From NCBI GenBank assembly GCA_963575745.1, contig CAUYUJ010000149.1, positions 62,001 through 117,611 of the forward strand: 55,611 nucleotides of DNA, given 5' to 3'. Numbering within the stretch: the stretch's first letter is position 1; each line of letters begins with the position of its first letter. The DNA comes from Prorocentrum cordatum (lineage: Eukaryota). The position numbers and the translations under genes were made by a program. The notes below the pieces were generated by a model. It had not been told where the DNA came from. It did no database searches and saw only the letters and a list, made by a program, of their open reading frames with translations. Below are positions 36,215-51,894 of the stretch, piece by piece.

Positions 36215-38638
36215 GATTTCGGGGCGAATCCGACAGTGGCGACGAGGGCCTCCGAGGAGGCCCAAAAAGAGGGAAAGGAGAAAAGAGTAGATTTAGGTCG
36301 GGCATGTCCCCCTACAGGCGGATTTTGGACGAAAAATAAAAAATAATCCAACAAATACTCCCAAATGATCCAAACTAGTCCAGAAATAGTCGCCAGACTA
36401 TGTTTTGACTACTTTTGAATACTCCTCCTGTAGAGGGACGGGCCCGACTTACGGGTAGAGGTAGTACCTGTTCCTCCTTCGACGCGTGGCCCCTTCCAAG
36501 GGCTCCCAACTTCGCGCTTCGCGCTGCGCGGCGCGCGAAGTGCGAAAAAAACTTCGCGCTCTCTCGCGCCGCCTCCCAGGGGAGAAGAGGAGGACGAGGA
36601 GGAATCTGAAACGACGCGAAGATCGGGACAAAGAATCGGATCGGGACAGCCCTGTTTTAGCATCGGGGCGAGGACCCTAGCCCTGCTTTAGAATCGGGGC
36701 CGAACCGCGAAGCGCGAACAACTTCGCGCCCTCGAGGGCGCCCCTCGAGACTTCCCGCCGCCCACGGGCCCTCCCGGCGTGCGCGCCTCGGCCGGGCAGG
36801 CCTCGGCACGGCGCGCAGGCGCTGTCGACGAGGCGGGAGGCCGAGTGCCGTCCCACCGCGGCCGCGCCGCGCGGCACAGTCTCTGGTGGGCCTGGTGTCC
36901 ACCTATACCACCACCATGAGTTGGAGGGGGAGGGAGGTGGAGGGCGAGGAGGAGGAGGAGGAGGACGAGGAGGAGGAGGAGGAAGAGGAGGAGGACCCCC
37001 ATCCCCCTCCAGCGTGTGGTGGTGGTGGTGGTGGCAAACAGACCCCTCACTCTCGGGTGCTGCCACAGGCGCCCCTGGGCCCAGGGTGCCCCCGGCTCGC
37101 CGCTCCGCCTCGGAGCCCCGGGGGCCCTCTGGGACTCGTGGTGGGGTGCTCGGGAGGCACTTTTGGGCCACCCAGAGAACCCTGGGCCAGGGGCACCTTT
37201 GGGCCAGGGGCACGCGTAGCCGCGCACGGTGGTCGCCCCCACGAGCAGCGGAGCCGAGGACAGAAGGAACGTCCTCCAAGAGCACGAGACTCTCCGCTGG
37301 CCAAAACACCCCAAACCATACGGTCACCGAGGGTACCCTTTCCCAAGATGAAAGCACACATGCGACAAACACGAAGGTGCCCTCCGGGCCGACCTCGATC
37401 TTATGCTTCGGTCGGACCGTCGCAGCCGCCTGAGTTAACACAGCGAGATACCCGAAACGAACATAGCGAGGGCCGCAAACTTCTTGCCGGCCAAGCCGCG
37501 AACGTCTTGCAAGGTTCGTACAAGATGCCGCAAGACTGGCCGAAAATGAAACAAATACCCTCCTGAGGCGGCAAGACGTCCCTAAGAGGCCTTCGAGGGC
37601 TCCAGAAAGCCCCCAAGAAGCACCACACGAGCCCTCCAGCAAGTCACTGGGATGCGGGAAGCATTGAAGACTCTCAGGTGTTCAACCTTTACAGTAGGGG
37701 CTCGACCACAAGAAACCTTCCACAAGAAACCCAACCCTGAGACCCCAGGACGTCCATTGTTTTTTGGTGTGGGAACGTCACGCTTTCCATAGCCAAACTA
37801 TCGAAACCCAAGAAAGGAAGGGCACCCTGGAGGCAAGCAACGTGTATCTTGGTATGGGTCTCCACTGTACCAGTAAAGCTGTGAGCAGGTTGGGATAAGG
37901 GGTTTGCCGGCGCGCCCATGGGGGGGGAATGGAGAAGGCTTCTCAGAAGCAGGGGTGCTTCTGAGAAGCCTTCCCCCCTCCCCCTACCCCCTCTGCGCAG
38001 TGGGAAAGCCAAAACCACCCCCACCCCAGTCCCGACCCCATCCCTGAACCCGCGATCCAGGGGGTCGGGATTGGGGGTGGGGGCTGCTTTTCGGGGCCCA
38101 AGGATGTAGAAAGCAGGGGTGGGTTTTCGCCTTCTGAGCGCGTGGCCGAAGCGTGGCCGACCAACCTGGGGAACCCACAGAAAGCCATGACAAAGCCAGG
38201 GAGCGGTCGTGGCAAAATCAGGCGAAGCCACGTGTGGGCGACATGCACATGTTTCTGCTGCTCGCCCATCAACCGCAACAACATACAATGTGCAATTGTC
38301 GCCGAGTCGTCAAACGGAACATCGCCAGGCAAACCGTGGAAGCCACAAGCGATGTCCAAGCGCAGGAGGAAGGAAAGAGGGAAAGAGAGCAGAGAGGAGG
38401 AGAAGGCCAGCCAAGAAAAGGACAAACTCTGGACGAGGTGGACATGTAGTCTCTGCGAGCAAATTGGTCTGGTATGGGGCACCGCGCCCTGTCCATAGCG
38501 TTCAGAAGCGCCCAGGGGAGCGGGCCGGAACTGAGGAGGACTCACATAACACGAACGCGCTCCAATACCTGCAGAAGAACTGCTCGCAGATGGCCTGGAT
38601 CCGGCGTGGGGGATCTACGATACATTACATCGAAGCAG
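36215..38638 (+). CDS. Candidate exons of a plus-strand gene (ankyrin-like fragment)
   Basis: Exon 36215-36259 cag|DFGANPTVATRASEE|gc and exon 38539-38638 gag|DSHNTNALQYLQKNCSQMAWIRRGGSTIHYIEA G|gc. Both are GC3-rich. GANP resembles an ankyrin repeat end. A possible further exon AVKIIDE lies near 40217. Confidence 0.35.
36296..36449. mobile_element. MITE family 3, TA-flanked, AT-rich interior
   Basis: TA|GGTCGGGCATGTCCCCCTACAGGCGGA … TCCTCCTGTAGAGGGACGGGCCCGACT|TA, a ~27-bp imperfect TIR. Confidence 0.75.
37692..37867. mobile_element. MITE family 1, copy 2
   Basis: TA|CAGTAGGGG…CTCCACTG|TA. Same length and interior as 14113-14287. Confidence 0.85.
37934..38090. repeat. Two adjacent long hairpins
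   Basis: Perfect 18-bp stem GAAGGCTTCTCAGAAGCA-gggg-TGCTTCTGAGAAGCCTTC (37934-37973) and an imperfect ~22-bp stem 38018-38039 / 38061-38083. Confidence 0.85.
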
Positions 38639-38829
38639 GCATGCGCTTCTGCTTCTGCGATCTGCGGGTCGGCACGCTGCGGGCCGTGGAGCGCGCTCGG
38701 CGGCGGGCGCCCTCCCCGGGGGGGCGCACCCTCCGCGGGCTGTCGCAGGGGGGCCCCGTTTTCCAGCAGAGGCATGCGCTGGGGTCCGGCCCGTGCGCGT
38801 GCCCAAGCAGAAGAGCCCAGAATCGTTGC

Positions 38830-38961
38830 CTCGCCATCGCTCGGGCGTCCACTTCCCGTGTTTTTTCGGTCTCATGCGTGGTTGTTTCGCCAAATGGTCA
38901 GGGATGCTCCTCGATGGTCCTCGCCGAAAAAAAAACATGCACGCGTCCGAGCGATGCCAAG
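38830..38961. mobile_element. MITE family 2, copy 3
   Basis: CTCGCCATCGCTCGGGCGT … GCGTCCGAGCGATGCCAAG with an interior homologous to 14472-14602. No clear flanking duplication. Confidence 0.7.
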
Positions 38962-39861
38962 ACCCCGGAGAGAGGATCCCAGTGGGTGTCGCCACCCAGA
39001 TGCGACCCCCCAACCCCCAGCGGGGGTCACCACCCAGATGCGAGTTTCGCCTGCGCCGTCCTCCGAATTTGGTCGGATCCCCCTGGTTTGGGCGGCTTCG
39101 CTTGAGATGTCTTCACCACTTGCCTGGTTTGGGGCCCTGGTTTTCGCGGGGCTCTTGCAACGTCCCTGGTTCGACCTGGCACACAGCGCGCTTAAGAAGG
39201 AGCGGTCGGCCAGACCAGGACACTAGCCAGCGATGACGCGAGAACCAGGGACAGGTTGGCGTTCGGGCGAGAGCGCACGTCAACGTCGTTGTCGTCGTCG
39301 TCGTGGTGGCCGTCGTCGGCGTCGTCGTCGCGGCGGAGTGGCCGTGGCGCTCCGAAACACACTGTATGTTGTCACATGGCGCAAGGACGTGAAGGAGCCA
39401 TTCCTTCACACACGTGGTGGGCGTAAACGTTCGGAGCCGTGTGGCCACGGGGTGGTCCCAAGATACCTTGGGCGTGCCGATGTGCGTAAGACGGCGAACT
39501 GACATCTCACACACGTCGTGGGTGCAAACACACGATCCAGGACGGAGCGTATTGACTGCACACGCACACTGGCCCACATGCTGCACTGCTGTGCTACGAT
39601 CTACCAACAGCAGTGGGTGTGGACATCCGAACCGCGGGGTGTTCGGCCACTGCATCACACAGTGCAACCATCGTTTGCGCAACTCCTCCTGTTACGCGGC
39701 ATTGGACCATGTGGCGGCGTCAGGGGGGACAAAAACTGCCCAAGCCTGTAGATCTCGAAGTCATGCAGCAAACCCATGTCGAGGACCTCAGTCGTCGGTT
39801 TGAAGATGCTTGACCCTTCCCCGAAGGCTGTCACCACGGATGGACGCGGCCCGGGAAACTA

Positions 39862-40040
39862 CTCAGGATTCCATAACAAAGTGGGGGGGGTCACATTCGG
39901 GGGGGGGTCTAATTTGAGCTGTCTTGGAGGGTTCGGGGGGGTCTGGGCAAAGTGCCGCCCTTTCATGGATAGTCCGGGGGGTCTAAAACTTCTCGTCTGG
40001 GAGGGTTGTGACCCCCTCCCTTTTACAATTACATCTGGAG
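39862..40040. mobile_element. MITE family 4, TA-flanked
   Basis: TA|CTCAGGAT…AAAGTGGGGGGGGTCACA … TGTGACCCCCTCCCTTTT…ATCTGGAG|TA, a ~35-bp imperfect TIR. Confidence 0.7.
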
Positions 40041-41304
40041 TACCCAGAATCGGGCGAGCTGGGGACAGGATCGGCGTCTACGCCGCCGCCACCCCCCCGC
40101 GGGGAAAAAACGCGGCAGACTGCAGAAGGCCACACCACCGCGCCCACCGCCGCCGCGCGCCGAGGAGGCGCCAAGGCTGGGAGGCCCGGCCAGGGAGGCC
40201 CGCCACGAGAGCCCAGGCGGTCAAGATAATCGACGAAGGGGAAAAACAAAAAAAAGAGGAACACCAAAGAGCACCATGGAGGGACAAACGTCCGTCAAAT
40301 CAGAACGGGTTTAATCCGAGGAGCCCCCGGCCCGGCGGCGGGGGACGCGCGCGGGCGGCGCGCGCGAGGCCCTCTTTGGTGAGGCGGCAGAGGCCGTCGA
40401 GGCGGGCGGCGCCCGCGGGGGCGCACACGCACCCGCGCGCGGGCCCACCGCGCCCCGCCTCCCCGACGCCTCCCACGACGCAGACGCTCCACCGCCACCC
40501 ACATCCACATTCGGCCCCTCCACCCCCTCGCACCTCCCCGGTCTCCAGGCCGCAGCCGCCGACGTGACGACAGCGCGCGGGGGCCCTCTGAGGGAAGGGA
40601 GCAGGCCACGTCGCAACATGACTAGGTTATGAATGCCTTTGGGGGCGGGGGCCCCGCGCGCAACTGCCAGCCATCTTCCGTCGACGGCGGCCGTGGACCC
40701 GCAGCGGAGCCCTGGCAGCAAACGAGTTGCGGGGGGGGGGGCCGTGCCACGCTCGCCCGAATGGGCCCCCCCACCCCGTGCGACGCGCAGGCTGGGGCCA
40801 GTCCGAGGTCACGGAGGAGGCAACAGGGGGCCTGGCACGGGCACGACTGGGCACAGAACTTGAGGAGCTGAGAAGCTGGATCGCTCTGGCAACACATTGC
40901 ACGCCCCCACCTGCTGCCGATCTGTTCGCGCGCATGTGCGGTCTCCCTCAACGCTCTCTGCTGCTTACAGGGCGGGGCGGCTCTCGACCTGGCCGCCCTC
41001 GCGGTCTGCCGCGGGTCGACTTGCAAGGGCCTTGCGACGGATGAGGTGAGCAAGGCGACCGCGCGCGTTCGTCCTGGGGACAGGGTGCTTAACGGGGCTC
41101 AAGGGTCGAATCGCCCCCCTGCGTTTTTTTGCTCCTGGGTTGGATGGGCCTTTTGCATGCTTGTGGATTCGTTGCGGGATACTCACCACCCCCTCGAATT
41201 GTCCTTGGGCTCCGATGTGATTCTTCTCTTCATGGCAAGATCGAGCGAGCGCGCAAGTGAAGCGACCACGCATTGTTTACATCGCTGCGGCCACCTGACC
41301 GCAA

Positions 41305-41523
41305 GGCCCCGCGAACTACCGCGAGGGCCGAAGCTATCAACTGGTGAGCGCAGGAGGTGGCGGGGTAGTATACACGACTCGGCGATCGACTGAGCTCTGG
41401 GCCCCGCGAAATACCACGAAGGCCGCGGCTATCAACTGGCGGGCGCAGGAGGTAGCGAGGCAGCGTACACGACTCGGCGGTCGACTGAGCGCTGGGCCCC
41501 GCGAAATACCACGAAGGCCGCGG
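41305..41523. repeat. ~95-bp tandem repeat, ~2.3 copies
   Basis: ggccccgcgaa(c/a)tacc…ctatcaactgg…cacgactcggcg…gactgagc recurs at 41305, ~41400 and ~41496. Confidence 0.85.
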
Positions 41524-41649
41524 ATGCGAATAAGCCTGCCATGGAATCGCACCGTCACATAACTGGCTCTACCGAAGTGGGGGCACACGGGGGAAAGCCG
41601 ACCGAACTGGCAAAACAGTCGCCCTCCACTGAGCGGCAGGCGTAGATCG

Positions 41650-47540
<5,891 letters not shown>

Positions 47541-49625
47541 GTTATGCGAATAATAATGGAAAGAGCGCCAGTGGATCACCTTGAAGACACAAAAGGGGGG
47601 GGGTGCTCCAGGGCCCCCCCCCCCCCCCTCCCCCCCCCCTTAAGGGGGGGGGGGGTCCGAGAACCCCCCCCCCCCCTCCCCCCCTTTCCGCAAGGGTCCG
47701 GTGCGAGCGAGCCGAGCGCGCGGACTGTTCGCGAAGGGCCCGCCCGCGCACCCGCAAAGCTTTCAGAGTCCTGCCCCCGACGGCCCCTACGTCCAACAGT
47801 CTGCGCGAAAGGCCAGCGAGGTTTAGGGTTTAGGGTTAGGGTTAGGGGTTAGGGCTTAGGGTTTCGGGTTTATTGTTTAGGGTTTAGGGTTTAGCGTTCA
47901 GGGTTTAGGGTTTAGGGCCTGCATTGGCGCATGCGCGCGCTGGCTGCGATCCCCCCCACATCAAGGTTGTTGGGGGGGATCGCTGCCCAAGCCGCGCGCG
48001 CCACGGTTAGTCGCACTCCCGCCCCAGACCACCCACAGTAAAGCCTTTTAGGGTTTAGGGTTTCTCCCCCCAACCCCCCTATCAAGGGGGGCTTTCGTGT
48101 TGGCGCGCGCAGGCGATCGCCGACGCGGCCGTGGCATTGCGCATCCACGTGAGCACGCGCGCAGGGCTGCCCCTGGCGCAGCATGTCCGTGCGTTGCCGC
48201 CTTTGCCTTCGGCACTGGGTTGTGACACTGGGGTGCGAATGCTGGGAAGCGCGCGCGCGGTCGCGGCCGTGGCAATGCGCGCCCATGCGGGCACGCGCGC
48301 AGGGTGCATGGCGCTGGCGCGTCAGCTCGCCTCGTCGATGAGGCAGCTGTTGCGCCTTCGGCAGGGGGCTTCGCCGTTGGGCTGCCGCTGGCGCAGCAGA
48401 TCCACAGGGGTCCGCACTTGCCTTCGCGAGTGCGGGCCGTGGGTTGCCCATTGGGCAGGACCGTTGGCGTCGCCCCCGCTGAAGCGATTGCATTGTCGAC
48501 GCAGCCGCCTTCGGCGCGAATTTCGCATGGCTGGAAGGGGGAGCGCGAGGGGGTGGGTCTGGCACCCCCTCGCTACGACGCGCGCGCATGGCTGCGGCAG
48601 CACCTGCATTGCGGGGGAGCGCCGGGAAGCGCCGCCAGGGAGCGCTGCCGAGTGCTTGCGAATCATGAAAACGCTTGGGAGCGCCATGGGACCGCTTGGA
48701 CTGCTTAAACGCGCTTGGGAACGCCGGGGAGCGCTTGGGACCACCTGTGGGAGCTTGGGAGCGCATGGGAGCGCTTGGGAGCGTGCTGGGAGCGTGCCGG
48801 GAGCGCCTGGGAGCGCGCCGGAGCGCCTGGGAATGCTTCGGAGCGCCCCGGAGCGCTCGGAGGCGCCAGGGAGCGCTTGGGAGCGCGCAGGGAGCGCCTG
48901 AGCAGGCTGGGAGCGCCTGGGAGCGTGCAGGGAGCGCTTGGGAGTACCTGGGAGCGCTTGGGAGCGCCTGGGAGCGCCTGGGAGCGTGCCGGGAGCGCCT
49001 GAGAGCGCCTGGGAGCGCCATGCGCTTGGGAGCGCTTGGGAGCGTGCCAAAAGCGCTTGGAGCGCTTGGGAGCGCCTGGGAACGCCTGGGAGCGCTTGGG
49101 AGCGTTTGGGAACGCTTGGGAGCGCCTGGGAGCGCCTGGGAATGCTTGGGAGCCCTTGGTAGCGCCTGGGAGCGCTGGGGAACGCCTGGGAGCGCCTGGG
49201 CGCGCCTGGGAGCGCGTGGGAGCGCTTGAAACGTGCGCCACCCGAAAGGACGCCGCATGCTGTATTTTCATATGGTTTGCGGCCCCACGGACGGCCGAAA
49301 GGGCGCCGCATGCTGTATTTTCATAGGTTTGGAGCCCCAGGGGATGTAGCGGACCGCAGGGGACCCGCTTGCTAGGGCTGAGGGTTAAGGGTTCCTTTTC
49401 TTGGGAGAACCCCACGGGGTTGCATGCCCGCGGGATGCGAATCCTCCTCAGCGGCTATCGCCGCTTCGTCGGTGCGGCGTGCGCGCATGGGCGGCTCGCT
49501 GATCGCTCGGCCAGGCGCCACGGGCTTCTGACGATGCACCGCCCGTGGCTTGCAGTTTAGGGTTTAGGGTTTAAGGTTTAGGGTTTAGGGTTTAGGGTTT
49601 AGGGTTTAGGGTTTAGGGTTTAGGG

Positions 49626-49838
49626 CTTCTCGGGCGCGCAGCGGCCGACAGTCCAGGCAATGCTGCCCCCCCTTCGGCAAGCTTGATTGGGGGGGCGGTT
49701 AGCCGACCCGAGCAAGCTTGGCGAAGGGGCAGGAGGTGCAACATCTTCCCACCCCCGGCCGCATGGCCGGCAACCTCCCAAACTAAAGCCTTTTAGGGTT
49801 TAGGGCCGTTGGCCCCTAAATTCCCAAATGCGTTCCAA

Positions 49839-49874
<36 letters not shown>

Positions 49875-51624
49875 CCAAGCGCTCCCAGGCGCTCTCAGTC
49901 AAGCGCTCCCATGCGCTCCCCGGCGCTGCCAAGCGCTCCCGGCGCGTTCCGAAGCGCCCCCTGGCAATCCCAAGGCGCTCCCAGGCGCTCCCAGGCGCTC
50001 CCGGCGCATTCCCAAGCGCTCCCGGGCGCTCCCAGACGCATCCAAGCGCTCCTTGGCGCTCCCAAGCGCTCCCAAGCGCTCCCGGCACGCTCCCAGGCGC
50101 TCCCGGGCGCTCCCAGGCGCTTCCCAGGCGCTCCCAGGCGCTCCCAGGCGCGCAGCGGTTTGCCGGCCAACGAGGTGTCGTACCTTGGGGCCCATGTTAC
50201 GCTGGCGACGCCAGAACCGCGCTCGCGCGCTCTTTTTCGATGCCCAGGCGCGCTGGCGAGCGCATATGGCGATTGAAGTAAACTTACCCAGGGCCTCAAT
50301 CTCAGAAGCGATCATGGTGGGCCACGACAAAGGGGACCAGCTCGCCGGACGCTCCGCGGCTCGCGCGCGCGCGAGGTTCCCGCGCTGACACCGCGTCGCC
50401 CCAGAGTCTCCGGGGTTCGTTCGCGCGTTGGGGGACGCCCGACCGGGCGACCTTTTCCGATTCTCGCAGGAGCGATTCTGCGCGGTGGCGCACGCGCAGC
50501 GCTTTGTCTCGGATGGTGGGAGGGGGAGCTCGAGGGGGCGGGCCTGGCGCCCCCTCGATGCGACGCACCAGGCAGCGCGTCGCGTGCGTCAGCCGGCCGG
50601 CCGGCCGGCAAGGTTGACGCAACGCTAGCCCCAGGCCAGTGGAAGAGCACGAGGTGGCCTACAGTTGGCTCCGGGCATTCAAAATGTGGCCCGGGAATGG
50701 TGTTCTGGAAATCCAAGAGCACGAAGTGGCCTACAGTTGGCTCCGGGCATCCAAAATGTGGCCCGGGAATGGAGTTCTGGGAACTCGAAGAGCACGAAGT
50801 GGCCTACAGTTGGCTCCGGGCATCCAAAATGTGGCCCGGGAATGGAGTTCTGGGAAATCGAAGAGCACGAAGTGGCCTACAGTTGGCTCCGGGCATCCAA
50901 AATGTGGCCCGGGAATGGAGTTCTGGGAAATCGAAGAGCACGAAGTGGCCTACAGTTGGCTCCGGGCATCCAAAATGTGGCCCGGGAATGGAGTTCTGGG
51001 CAGGCGCTCCCAGGCGTCCCCGGCAGTCAGAAGAAAAGGTCTTTGGGTTTAGGGTGTTATATTCGTTGAGGATCAGGGGAGGTTTATCATTGAAGCGCGA
51101 ATCCCCAAAAGAGGGGGAGGGCAGCGGCAAAAGCTGCCAAGGCGAACCACTCGGGCTACATGCTCAAGCATCTCAGAGATGCCCTGTCTCTCGTAGACGG
51201 CGACGGTGATGCGCGGTGGGGATGTGCTTCTGAGGTGCTTGGGAATTTAGGGTTTAGGGTTTAGGGCTTCTCTTAGCGCAGCGGCCGACAGTCCAGGCAA
51301 TGCTGCCCCCCCTTCGGCAAGCTTGATTGGGGGGGCGGTTAGCCGACCCGAGCAAGCTTGGCGAAGGGGGCAGGAGGTGCAACATCTTCCCACCCCCGGC
51401 CGCATGGCCGGCAACCTCCCAAACTAAAGCCTTTTAGGGTTTAGGGCCGTTGGCCCCTAAATTCCCAAATGCGTTCCAAGCGCTCCCAGGCGCTCCCTGG
51501 CGCTCCCAGGCGCTCCCTGGCGCTCGCAAGCGCTCTCAGGCGCTCCCAGGCGCTCCCCGGCGCTCCCACGCGCTCCCGGCGCGTTCCGAAGCGCTCCCAA
51601 GCGCTCCCAGGAGCTCCCTGGCGA

Positions 51625-51656
<32 letters not shown>

Positions 51657-51858
51657 CCGAGCGCTCCCAGGCGCTCCCCGGCGCTCCCCGGCGCTCCCCG
51701 GCGCTCCCAGGCGCTCCCAGGTGCTCCACGGCGCTCCACGGCGCTCCCCGGCGCTCCCAAGCGCTCCCCGGCGCTCCCAGGCTCTCCCCGGCGCTCCCAG
51801 GCGCTCCTCCCAGGCGCTCCCCGGCGCTCCCTCCCAGGCGCTCCCAGGCGCTTCCCGA

Positions 51859-51894
<36 letters not shown>

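Noticed and set aside
40217..40238. Protein kinase subdomain II (AVKII)
   Set aside because: It is too short and no other kinase motifs are nearby. It is kept only as a possible exon of the plus-strand candidate gene.
49663..49732. HDV-like ribozyme in cassette A (GGCGAA followed by a G-rich strand)
   Set aside because: All pairing is explained by one simple hairpin, and I could not build the nested P1/P3/P1.1 pseudoknot.
50642..51000. CRISPR array
   Set aside because: The units are contiguous and identical with no unique spacers, there are no cas genes and the context is eukaryotic.
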